From Lama guanicoe (Eukaryota): DNA of 64,000 nucleotides. The notes under the pieces are model-generated. The model made no database searches, was not told where the DNA came from, and was given only the letters and a program-made list of their open reading frames with translations. A program made the position numbers and the translations under genes. The stretch lies in assembly GCA_013239625.1 (NCBI GenBank), contig MU054391.1, positions 992,001-1,056,000 of the forward strand, read 5' to 3'. The stretch's first letter is position 1. Each line of letters starts with the position of its first letter. Positions 35,458 through 47,265 of this stretch are shown in pieces.

Positions 35458-38400
35458 TGAGTGTCCCGTATTTAGATCATAGGGTGAAATGACATATGTT
35501 TTTGAAAACTCTTTAAAAAGCAAACTGTTAAGAGTTCTCTAAGCGAAACTGCAACTTCCCTGTCTGTCTGCGTAACTGCCCGGACGCCAGGAGAAGCCCG
35601 CACACGCCCTGGTGGGCACACAGAGTGAGCGGCCGCACAACGGCGAACGGCCGGTGCCGACCACTCGGGGCACCGCGCTAACCCACGACGCTCCCTGCGC
35701 GAACATCACCATAGGATGCCTTCTCTTCCCCACAGATCCAGGTTACACTCATTTTCAAGAATCGTCCCAAATCCCACCTGTTGGTGAACTTCCGAGGGCC
35801 GCCCCCACCCCAGGAACAGGGCCCCTTCCGCGTCCTCCGTGCAGCTGCTGCACCCAGTCGCGGCGGGAAGCCTCCACGGAGCACGCGCGCTCCTCTGGCG
35901 CCTGGACCGTCCATCAGGGCTGTGCGCCTGCCTGTCAGTTTACCCTTTTCTGCGTTCGCCTCTTGTGTCCTCAAGGAGGTTTCCTGTCCTGGGCGAGGGC
36001 GGCACCTCACACAAGTTTAACGCTTGCCCCCAGGGACATCCAGTGGGCGAAGGCTGGTCTACGAAGACCGCGGTGCAGCCCTGACAAGTGCAAACTGGGA
36101 CGCACAGTGCCTTCAGTGACGTCCCCACGCAAGAGAGAGCCTCCATCCGGGGGCTCACTTTCTGTAGCAGTGTATACGCTTGATGACATGAACCCCTGGA
36201 TGAGTGTGTTCTGGTGCCTTTTTACAATTATAGCGAGAATAACAGTGCCCACAACCCTGCAGACCCGCGCAGGCTTCACGCTGTAAACCCACAAGTGAAG
36301 CACTCACCCGCGTGCGTTTGCTAGTAAGTGTGAGCTCGGCTTGTAACAGTCACTGTGGCTTTTTCCCGACAGTCGCCGTTTTAGTAGCTTCCCGTATGAC
36401 ACTGAACCTCTGATCTTCCAAAAGTATGATTTTACTAGTTGCTCTGTCTTCACAACCACCACCCGCTTGAATTAGAATTTGAAATAGCCAGGGTCTGTGT
36501 CTGAAGCCTGTCTCTACCGCCTGCGCACTTCTCTCCTTAAAGGCTCTTTTCCCTGCACTTTCCGTCCTTCCCTCTTCCCAGCCCTCATCCACGCGCATGC
36601 AGTTACCTCTCTCCAGCCGCGTCTCTCCACTGCCCCTGGGCTGAGAAGCACATCCCAACACTTGGAGAAAAGTTCTGCGTATGGCATTTTGAGCACTTGA
36701 AACTGGATTTTTTTTAAATTAAATAAAACACATCTTCATTTAAAATTTCCCCAAGGACCCTCCTTGGTCAGAGCGACCTGGAAAGGCTTCTGTGAGTCAG
36801 GTGAGAAGTCCGAGTTACAGGTGGGAGCGGGGGGGTTCTCTGCCCTGTGTCCTCCCCCACGACGGCTCCACGTCCCCCTCCGCCTCACTGGGGAATGCTG
36901 CGGACAGTATTACACCCGCCCTTTCACACTGCTGGACACACCACTGACGCTGGGGTAAAACCTTAGTGCTTACTTGTACCCACAAGATCGTGCTTGTCAC
37001 TTTGGGTGCGCTGGGTTCCCAGAAGTAGGACATGAACTGTACAGCCGACGTCAGCTGCCGAAGATGTGTTCCAACTGGCCTGCGCCTGCCCAGGCCGCTG
37101 CTGCTACGAAAATGCTGCCTCTTGAAAAGAAGGTGGGGCAGGAAACCACTGGGGCTGCCGCTTCAAGCATGGAAGCTGGTGAGAGGAACTGCATGCACTT
37201 GACTTGCCTGCATCCTGGCAAGGGGAGAAGACCCACCACAACTGGGTGGAGAGGAAAGAAACGAAGCAGGGATGACGCAGCCAGCCCGGCACGCGCACGC
37301 GTGCGTCTACGGGGACCGCCCACCCTCTAGAGTTGCCGTAACAGAATGCTGGCCTAAAGCAAAATGAAGTCATGGTCACAAAGCAGGTGAAACCAAGAGA
37401 GAGAAGAACTTCGGAGGAGCTGGTTTCCAGCTACGTGTTTACGCTTCACACGGAGCCTAGTGACTTCTCCAGACGACTGCGGAGCGGCACCGGGCAACTC
37501 CCACGCCGGCCCAGCGGGCCCAGCCGGCCCGGGTTAGAGCCGCCCGCCAGAGCGAGCCCCGCCTCCAGGCCGTCCAGGCCGTCGGCATCAGGCTTGTGCC
37601 CTGCTCCTCCCTGCAAAGGGCCCCAGTAAGGAGCAGGGGCAGGCTCCCGCGCCCCACCAGAGCGCGGGGCACCCTGCAGAAGAGACCCGCCCAGGACAGC
37701 AAGCCCAGAGACACAGGGTAAGAACCAGGGGGAGGCGAGACGCGTGGAGCGCAACGCTTCGCCCTAAGCAAGGAGACCGAGACATGGAGAGCGGAAGCAG
37801 CTCGTTCAGTCATCCCCTAACTGTAAGGAGAGCTGAGCAGAGGTGAGGGCCTTAGCATAAGCGCCGGCACTGCGTGTTAGCCACGGGCGCAGGGTCTCAC
37901 TGAGAAAATAAAAAGGGCCACAGAAAGGAGAGGACGACAAAGGGTGACCGAAACGTCCAACGTTAGGTGCAAGTCCCTTCTGAGACATTACTGGGAAAGA
38001 GAAGTTTCCTGGTGGTGGTGGTCATCTTTGCCATGTTGGAGAATTATGGGATATGTCCAACCCAACTGACGGAACCAAACCAGGGGAGCATTTCTGACTC
38101 CGGGACAGACCTGAAAATCAGTGAAGGGCTTTGGGAACGGTCCCCCTCACGCTGCCCTTAGTGATGTGCAAATCCAAGGGCAGGGGCACGTAGGGAGGCC
38201 GACGCCCAAGGTTACAGACCGTGGTCCACGTGCCCACTGAGAAGAATGGTGGGGGGGGGCAGGGAGCAGCAGAGCCGTGCAGGGAGGGGAGAGGTGCAGA
38301 GATCTGGTGCTCAAGGCTATTTTCTGAGACAGAGGCCTACTTTTCTAATGCTAATTGCCATTTCAGTGATGCCTCTGAAGCAAAAACAAGTGATTCGATC

Positions 38401-40029
38401 TGCACGTGTTGACTTCTGAAGCTGCGAAGAACCAGATGTAAATGGCCACCGGCCATCCTCTGCCTTCCACACATCTAACCCCTGGCCAGCTGACGTCGGT
38501 GGACACTTATCCTGGGCCGAGTGCATTTTCTAACATATTCAAAATTAGCATAAACGAAATGTTATGTATCAAAAATGAGAAGTCACATCTAGTCTCACCA
38601 ATGTCATTGTCCTTCCCATCAAGCTGACCCTTTGATCAGACGCTGTTTTGATCATTAACTTTAAAACTGGGTGAACAGGTGGCCTAGCCCATTTGTAAAC
38701 AGGTGTGTTAACTTGTCCCCGGAGAACAGACACAACACTTCTTGGCTCGCACTATGGGTGTGGGTCTCTTAGGGAAAAGGATTGTTTTTGAGCTAACGAA
38801 ATCCCAGTAACAGCAAATTAGCTTAAAAAACATTTGGCCAGTGAAGCTACCTCCACCCTTGTTCTCGGGTCTACAGGAAGAACTGCAAAAGACATTGCAA
38901 GCTTCATCACACACAGTCCGTGGAAAACTCCGAGTGTTAGCACAGTACCAAGTGTGCCACATTAGCCAAAGAGGAAGTCATAAATTAGTCTGAAGTTTAT
39001 CCGAGCAAACCATTCAGGTTTTCCGTCCCGCCGTAGACCAGCATCCAGCATTGAGCAGCACTTCTCACGTCTGTGTCATCACAGACTTCCATTTTTAAGC
39101 AAAGACAAGGCAGCTTTCAGATGTCTGGGCTACTCAAATTCCTGGACTCTGAGAAAATACAAAGCACTAACTCTAATGTAACTTTTCTCCTGCAGGATTT
39201 CATCACAAAGTCCTCAACCCTGAACGGGCAGGGATGCTCAGTCAGCTCTGACTCCAGAGGGAACACGGCAGAGAGTCGTCTGCACGCCTCAGTGCGTGGC
39301 CAGCTTCTAATGCGGATTCTCTCCTCTTCCGTTTGATGTCCCTTCAGCCAATGGGAGCCCATGCGTGAACCATGTCGCTGCCCCATTCAGCCGCCCGCGT
39401 CAAGGCGGACAGCTGATGTCACAGACTCCAGTCCGAGTGAGTGAGCAGGACGCAGGGATCTTCCTGTGGCCCTGGGAGGCTGGTCCTGAGTCACCATCGG
39501 CGCTCAGCCGCGCCTGACTCAAGCGCTCTGCTGTGGGTGTCTGGCAGGCCCAGCTTTAAGATGTTCAGAAATTGCCAGACACCTGGCGTTTGACCACCAC
39601 TCTGTCCCCAAAATATAAGTCTGTTTACTGTTTCATGTGTTCTCAGGTAAGTAAAGACCTGTGCCAATGGCAACTGCATCTCACAAGGGACCGACAACAT
39701 ACAGCGTGAGGAATGAGGACCAGCTCTCCAGGACCATCCCAAAGCTGGAGTTTTTCACTCTGGGTTTTATAAGAAGGCAACAAACTCAACTCATATATTC
39801 AATTAAGTAGAGAAATATGATTATCCGATGCCATGCAATTGAGAGCTGATTTTCAGAAGGAGCCCCCGGATCCCTGAAGTATTAATCATCTCAGGGAGGG
39901 CCGGCAGTGATCACCCTCCTTCCCTGAACTCAGCCAGCAAAATGGTTTAATCTATTTCAAAATGTATTCAAGACAAAGCAGATAGAGAAACATTGTGATT
40001 GCCCTTCACCAGAAACTTACATGCTAAAA

Positions 40030-40220
40030 TCAAAGTATATATTCATATACAACATAGATCTAAAATATAACATGTATAGATTTCATCTAGGTTATACATG
40101 TGTAATATAACACATTAACAATAGCCATATTATGTTTATATTTATATATTTAAATATTCAAATTTATAAATATATGCATATAACATAAAATATATATTTA
40201 TATACTATATTTTAACATAG
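40030..40220. repeat. AT-rich / (TA)n low-complexity tract
   Basis: Dense tata/atat runs seen directly in the sequence. Confidence 0.75.
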
Positions 40221-40229
40221 GCATAATTT

Positions 40230-40320
40230 TGTATCTACACCCTGATTCATATGGGCTAGAAATTTATCTTAGTCTGGGCTCTGCACACAGTAGGTGCTCA
40301 ATGCATGTAGGTTCTATGAG
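40230..40320 (+). mobile_element. LINE-2 terminal fragment
   Basis: 'ctgcacacagtaggtgctcaatgcatgt' matches the L2 terminus 'ggcacatagtaggcgctcaataaat'. Confidence 0.55.
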
Positions 40321-43300
40321 CTGTTCATGGCCGTGCTAAGAGTGAAGGGAGGAGCCGATTTTCAGGAGCTGTGCCTTTAATTTTCAGCCCTGACTTTGGT
40401 CTTCCTTCCCCCAGGAGACGGTGCGCGGGCGCTCGGGCAACCCGTCCTTGGACTCTTGTAAATGCAGAACCTAAACCTAATTCACACATCTGCAGGTGGG
40501 GTTTGAGGGGAGTAGAACATAAGGGAGAACCGTCACCCCAGCAGCTGGAATTCCCCTGGAAGGAGACACAGCCCCCCCACCCTGAAGCCTGAGCCAACAC
40601 CTGTCCTGGACGCGGGGGCCTCGGCGCCAGCCCGCCGGCCCAGCCCACTCGGGCGTCTGTCCTGCTTCTCTGGGGCACTCGGGCCAGGAGGGGTCTGGGA
40701 GGGGCGGGGTTGCACTCATCACATGGCACTCACACCACACTGGCCACTTCAGTCAGGCACCACATTTGTTCTTCCGGTCAGACACTCTGCGCCCTGAAAA
40801 GAGCCAGTGAAGAAAGCAGTTTCCCTTGGTGGTGGGGGGAAACAAACAAGGAAAAGAGAAGGAAAAGGCAAAAACAAAGCCAGTTGCTCTTGAAGATAAA
40901 CGGCGCAGACTCTGCCGAGAACTGAGACCATTCATGCCGAACAGCAGGGCGTGAGGTCAGATGTTTTAATCCAGAAAATGCAGACAATTATGACCCATCA
41001 CGTAGGCCCCTGAGAAATCAGAGCCACAGGCTCTCTCAGCGCAATGGCCCTACTGCTCCATGTGTTCCCGGTGCAGGGATCACCGTTTCCCAGAGGAAGC
41101 CGGCAAGTCTGTCTGCAGAGAAGGCTGGTGTGGACGAGGCCATGGCTGCCGTGAGCACATGCACAGGACAGTTCAGTCTTGTCACCCCCTGGCGTCAGGA
41201 CGAGCTCCCCTCTTTCCCGCCATGGTGACAAGCCCAGCCAGACAACAAACAGCTGGATGGATGCCCCAGGACCACACATCCGTGGTCTCCATGCCCTTCT
41301 AATCAACTTCCTAATTAGAAAACGCCTCGCTGGCACGAGGTGTGCAGGGCGGCCCACCACATAGCAGCCCGCAGTCCTGGCCTTGCTGGGAGCCTCGCTC
41401 TTACAGCTGCTGCTGCGTTTTCCTGGTGCAGAGACAGAATCAATTCGCTTGCGCCTGGCCCTCAAGACATATTAAATTTATCCTGAAGGAAACTGGTTTC
41501 TGAAAAGCTCTTGCCCAGATGCATCAGGCAGGTGGGATTTCAGTGAACCAGAGGGTCCACTGGCAGATGCAGCATTGATTTCTGAATGTTCACAATCTAG
41601 CAGACAGCTCCAGAGCAGCCCTGATTTGATGGCTCTCCACGGGGTGCCCTGCAGACGCGATTATCTCCACAACCAGTCTGACTAGCTTTGTTTCCCGGCG
41701 ACCCGGCCCTGAGCTTTCTGCTTCTGTTTAGATGCGAGAGGCTGGGGGAGCACATGCACCAGGGAGTGGGGATTGGGCCACGTTTGGAGTCTGTCTGCAG
41801 GAACTGTCCAGCCTTTTCAGGGCTGAAGGATCGAGGGGTGACTTCGACTCCTCTGAAACCATTCTGTTGAGTACCATTCAAATACACTCTGAGCCCAGGA
41901 TGAGAAAACAGCAGGCAGGCACCACTCAAAACTGGGTTGGAGCTAGAAAGCCTCTAACAAAAATTTCTGTCAACGTCCTAAAAAGAGCTCCCACCCCATA
42001 AATTTTTAATCCCTGAGTTCCTGATTGAGAGACCTAAGCCTGACTCTCCACCCCTGCAAATGTCTCAAGCGAAGGTCCAATAATCTTGAGGTCATTTTCT
42101 CTAAAGCCATTTGAGTGCACCGTCTAAGCAGTCAGACTTCAGCATAAAGCAGTCAGTGTGCAACATCGAGTTACAAAGTTCCTTTCAACTGCTTTCACGA
42201 GTACCCAGATATGTCTACAGCAGCCTCACACAACGCTCAGAGAAGGCTCGAATGCTGCCAGCTTACAGACAGCATGTCCACACTGGCATTCTAAAAAGCA
42301 CACATGCGCCTGCCCTCACAAAACCTTCGAAGAGATTCATTGTAGGACCCCTAAAAGCGCAGAGGTACATTGTAGGACAGAATTTTAAGTAAGGCCAAAT
42401 AAGCTTTTGAAAGATAAAAAATATTGATACCCCGCTCCATCCAGCATCATGAGGAGCCCATGGAAGAATGTCCCTGGGAACAGCCTTGGCACAGAGAGGC
42501 CCCCTGGGACAGAAGGCCCCCCCCCCAACGCCCACCTCTCTCCCCCCTGGAACTGAAGGAGTGCCTGATTTCAGGTTAATATTTTGGCAACTCACTGAGC
42601 TTAAAAATATGTGCTATAAAAGGCTGCTTTTCTTTCCAAAGTTTATCTGCAACCTTAGAGATAAACTAAAAAAAAAAAAAAGAAAGAAAGAAAGAAAAAA
42701 GAAAACTGCCTGTAGAAACCGCATTTTCGGCTAGGTACACATCACCATCCTCCTGGCCCTGGGATCCTTTGCTGTCTCTGAGGACAAGCCCTGCCACCTC
42801 CACGGTGTCCGAGACCCCGTGTGACAGACAGTGGCGTAAAGTAACTCTGTCAAGTGGAAACTAATGACATAATTTTGGCCCTTAAAAAAGAAAGCTCGAC
42901 TGTACCTTGGAAAGGCAGCCAGGCACAAAGAGTGCAGCGTGGTAGGTGACATTCAAGTGCTCCTTTCTGGGTGCACGTGAGCACTTTGGGGTTAAAAACC
43001 GAGCCTTGATATTTTGCCCCAAGAAAGTTATCACCCATCATAAAACTAAAAGGAATTGTTTTAATCGTAGAAGCATCCTCGGCTCGTGTCTGAGATGAAA
43101 ACTAGCAGTTCTTCCTTGTTGCTACATTTCAGCTTAGAGCTGGACATATTATTTTTCTCTAGGCAAGAGTTCATGAATCTGTTTTTAGCACAATTTGGTT
43201 ATTTAATACTGTTTGGGTTAAATCATTTTAAAAAAAAAACCCTCAATTGTTTTCTCATTCCCGTTTACCAGCAAGTTTAAAAATGAAACAGAGAAAAAAG

Positions 43301-43632
43301 TTTTCACATATACATATATACACATATATATTCATTGATATAAACATGAAAAATTCACATATTATGCAAAAAACAAAAGCTCAGGGTGAGTATTCAGAAA
43401 CTTCAAGTGTGAGGGGTAAAATGATCAACACCAAGAAGCTTCATATAAAGGGTTAATATGTTTTCCAGCACCTTGTGTTTGAGGTATAAGGTCACTGAAG
43501 GTAGTTTTGTTTCTTTTTTGGAAAGGCATAGTTTTTTAAAAAAGAAGAAATGACCCTCCAAAAAGTTGCATTTTTTTTGTCAAATATTCAGTCATTGTCT
43601 AAAGCAAACAGCTAAAGTAAAGCAACTCTGTT

Positions 43633-43670
43633 AAAAAAAAAAAAAACCCCAAAAAAAAAAAAAAAAAAAA
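43633..43670. repeat. A14-C4-A20 mononucleotide tract
   Basis: Seen directly in the sequence. Confidence 0.9.
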
Positions 43671-44100
43671 GCCCCAAATAAAAGCAAAATAAAACCCATA
43701 AGTGATTTCATATATTCAGGAAACTATAGAAAGACAGTTAAACGGTAGTAATTTCTACTTAAGTTCTACCTTAAAAGCAGATGAAATAATTAGGTCAGTT
43801 AAAATGAAACCCTTGCCTTTTAAGGAGAGGGTAGAGATTATGAAAACAAGAGAGAACTATTCGTCAGCTCTGAGGCGAAAGCAGCTCTAACTAAACATCA
43901 AAACAACCACATTGCAGGACCACAACCACAGAATTACATAAGAAGCGTGTGTCACCGATGACAATAGAAAATTAGGATTCCACCCAGCTTTTGACTTATT
44001 TCTCAACTCAGAAGACTGATTTGGAAAAACAGCCTCCATTTTTCTGAAAAGAACTGCAAGTATCGGAGGTGATGCTCATTCTCCTCTTTCCTGTCTGCAG

Positions 44101-44146
44101 ATCCTACGGATCAATAGGAACTTCAGTTCGATTTGCAAAATCTCCA
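44101..44146 (+). other. Candidate 46-nt plus-strand exon (possible antisense transcript)
   Basis: 'gctcattctcctctttcctgtctgcag|ATCCTACGG...AAAATCTCCA|gtaagt'. Splice signals only. Confidence 0.3.
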
Positions 44147-44559
44147 GTAAGTTGCTGGTTACATCAGCTAAAATCCTCTTCCAGCTAGGAAAAATACACA
44201 CCAGTCAAAACTAATCACGTCTGGGCTTTCATTGAAGCAACATTTGCTAATTTTCCTGGTCTGGATACAGTGTTTCAGAAAATATTAATTAAACACATTG
44301 AATAATGGCTGCTGTAAATTTCTGAAAACAATAATCTCCAAACAGTTCATTTTCACTCCAGACACAAGCACCAGAAGATGGATGCCCCAGCCTCCCTACC
44401 CCGGCAGCAGCGCCCATCCTTTTGTTACTGACCACGGGAGTTGAACTTTGCTCCACTTTGGGAAGCAGAGCCGACGCTCGGGAAACAAGCACAGGACATA
44501 TTTACCTGGAGGGAATACCAAGGGGAACCTGAAGAATTGCACACAAAGTGGTCCCAGGA

Positions 44560-45060
44560 ACGCGCCCACGGTCCCCAGGCTCCTTCAACTAGGCCAGCCT
44601 CCGCCGAGCCGTCGCTCCCACGGCAGCCACCCCGCTTCCATCTTAGGGACTCACCCAGAAGATTCTCCAACCTGCTCCACCGCTGCAAACTCTTCTGCTC
44701 CTGAACGCCCACCGTTCGTTCTCCGAGCATCCAATCAACTTCCCACCGCACCTCTTCCCTAGTGGCGCGCAGACACCCGGCCGCTGCTCATCTCTATGCT
44801 AATTATTTTGCCACATGGACAAAAGTCATAATGCTTTCAGACAGGAAACCAACAGGCCTGAAGTCCAAGATGGAAATTAATAAGTTGACACCGCGAAACG
44901 CCAGGGAAGAGGCACGCGTGCCGCGCTCCGCCTGGTGCAGGAAGTGGGGCTTCCGTTGACAGCAGCCCCCGGCAGAGGGGCTGCGAGCCCTGGCCGGCTC
45001 CCTGGGAGGCCACGGAGCCGCAGCAGAGCAGCCTCAGCAGCCCTGCTGACTTACTCCGGC
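44560..45060. promoter_or_regulatory. Small CpG-rich regulatory element / possible internal promoter
   Basis: CpG-dense patch with AT-richer flanks. CCAAT at 44731, octamer-like ATGCTAAT at 44796-44803 and ETS CAGGAAGT at 44938-44945. Minus-strand donors end exons at 45055 (GGA|gtaagt) and 44506 (CAG|gtaaat). Confidence 0.4.
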
Positions 45061-47114
45061 TCAGGCTGCATCCTCTAAGCGCCACAATACACATCCATTT
45101 CCCCAGACCCGAGCACGGAGGGAACTTCAGCCCTGAGCTAGGTATCCTTCAAGTTGAGGCTGTGGATTAAGCCGGTCGTCCCCAACCTTCCTGTTTATTG
45201 AGCTGGCAACACAGTCAGACAAGACTGGGGATGCGTGCTGTATGCTTCTTACATCGTACCCACAGGCCCCTAAATCTCTAGAGCAGAATGTGTAGCATGT
45301 GCAGGGCCGTATTTCATGTAATAGATGAGAACTGTAAATACCAGAGTCAGGCTGTTGACAGCCACCGGAGAGGCAGTATATCTAAAAATACATCCCCAAC
45401 ACTGATGTGATGGTAAATTCATGCCATGGCCAGAGAGACCTCAGAAAGGCAGCTGAACCCACAGCATTTCCCATGGCCCTACTGCTAAGCACCAAAACAA
45501 CACAGACAGAGCTCTCAAACCTGCCCCACCACCTCCTCAAAGGGAGGAACAGTGACACAAGAGTTAATGCCAACTGACTCCTAAAGCCCCTTTCGGGCTG
45601 CAGCGCACTCTGCTCGGTTTCAGCATCGCCTTCCCTTTATTGCTTTCTCTTCGAACAAAAGACATAGAACTATTTCTCTGAGAAAGTTAAAGCTCCGCCA
45701 GCCTTTCAGTATCACTTGAGGAAAACAAATAGCAGAGAAAGTTTCTGTCTGAAAAGGCAGGACCCAATACGGTCTCAAAACACAAAAGGGAAGAGAGAGA
45801 CATGACTTTAGCATCTTTCCGGTAGAAAAAAAAAAGTGCTGATTTTATACATGGCTTCTTGAGTCCAGCAACAAATGCTCCACTCCCGCGGTAACCATGC
45901 CATGGCACTCTCTCTGCAGACCTCGCTCTGATAACACTCAGCACTGTGAAAGGCCACGTTAAATCATAAAGGCTACTTAGCACCTCCCACCCTCCCCGGA
46001 CACTAGCCTTGAATACACAGACGCCTGTTTAGTAACAACTCTAGACAGCATGCAGACGGACCGGGTGCCCACAAAGATCGACAGGGAGAGGAGCTCTGCT
46101 GGAGAACGAGTCCATTGTTGGCTCATTTGTACACCAAACCAGGCAGTTTTAAGAGCTGTCATAATCTGTCATCAAAGAAGAGCTGACGGTAGTCAGGGAG
46201 ACAAGGAAACAACTATTTGCCAAAGTCCTTAAGCGATCCAGTGAAATCGTTCCGAAGAGCTGCAAGTGGCAACAACCAGGTAACCACATGCAACCTTTAA
46301 TAAAGAGAAAGAGGTACCTGTCCGTAGGAGAGTCGGCGGCCATCCAGCACACTCCCGCTCCGCAGCCTACTCCTCCACCCAGGCAGGGCTACGTCTGCCG
46401 TGGAGAGAGCATCGCACGTGTTCACGGCGCGGCCCTACGCGTTTCCACGCTGGCCCCTTCCCTCCGGGGCTGCCACTCTGCCCGCTCACTGTGTGCAGGC
46501 AGAGCCCAGGGCAGCGCCACCCCCGTGATAAACCACTGCAGGGTTTCCCCGGAACGCGGTGCTGACTGTGGTTTCTGTGGGGAGGACGGCACAGAGGTCC
46601 GAAGTTACCGAGACACCTTACTCGAGCTTTCAAAGGTGATGTCTCTAAATCCCGAGCTTCTTGCCTGATGTCTTGAGACCAGACACACTGGTTCCTACGG
46701 AGGTGGCAATTTCCTTCCCGTCCAGCCCTGCTGGAAATCACTGCAGTCTGACCATTCCGTCTTCTCACAGCACAATGCCCCTTACCTCAACCTAAAATAT
46801 TTCCCTCCCCCTCCCAACTTTTCCAGTAATCACCACGTGGGGAGTAGGGATTTTTGAAAAGATACATTTTAGGAAAAATTTCCGAACAGCACAGCCTAAC
46901 ACAGCAGTGCTTATCAGTGTTTCCTCACAAAATAAATAAGCATTTATGCGTTCTTTCCAGTTTTATAACACCTGGCCTGGTGTACATTTTCTCTGCCATC
47001 TCTGAGTACTTCTGCAGATGCCCTGAGGACTCATTATGATGTCAAAGCTGCAAACAGTTTCACTGTGAAACAGGCATAGAAAAATCATTGTGTTTGCCTG
47101 AACAATGCAGGTGT

Positions 47115-47265
47115 GAAAGAGACACAGAGAGAAGACAGGGAGGCCAAAGGGACGACCAGGGACAGAGTTAAAGAGAGAGGACAGGAGAGAGAGAAAGAGG
47201 GAGAGAGAGAGGGGGGAGGGGGTGGGAGAATAGGGAGGGAGGGGGGGCAGACAGAGACAGGACAC
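47115..47265. repeat. Polypurine (GA-rich) tract with G-run cluster
   Basis: 'gagagagaggacaggagagagagaaagagggagagagagaggggggagggggtgggagaatagggagggagggggg'. Confidence 0.8.

Noticed and set aside
36159-36256. Exon-like 98-nt minus-strand segment ending AAA|gtgagc
   Set aside because: The acceptor lacks a pyrimidine tract ('gcctgcgcgggtctgcag') and no frame matches a protein I recognise.
42331-42378. Short direct repeat agag..cattgtaggac x2
   Set aside because: A single small local duplication with no further periodicity.
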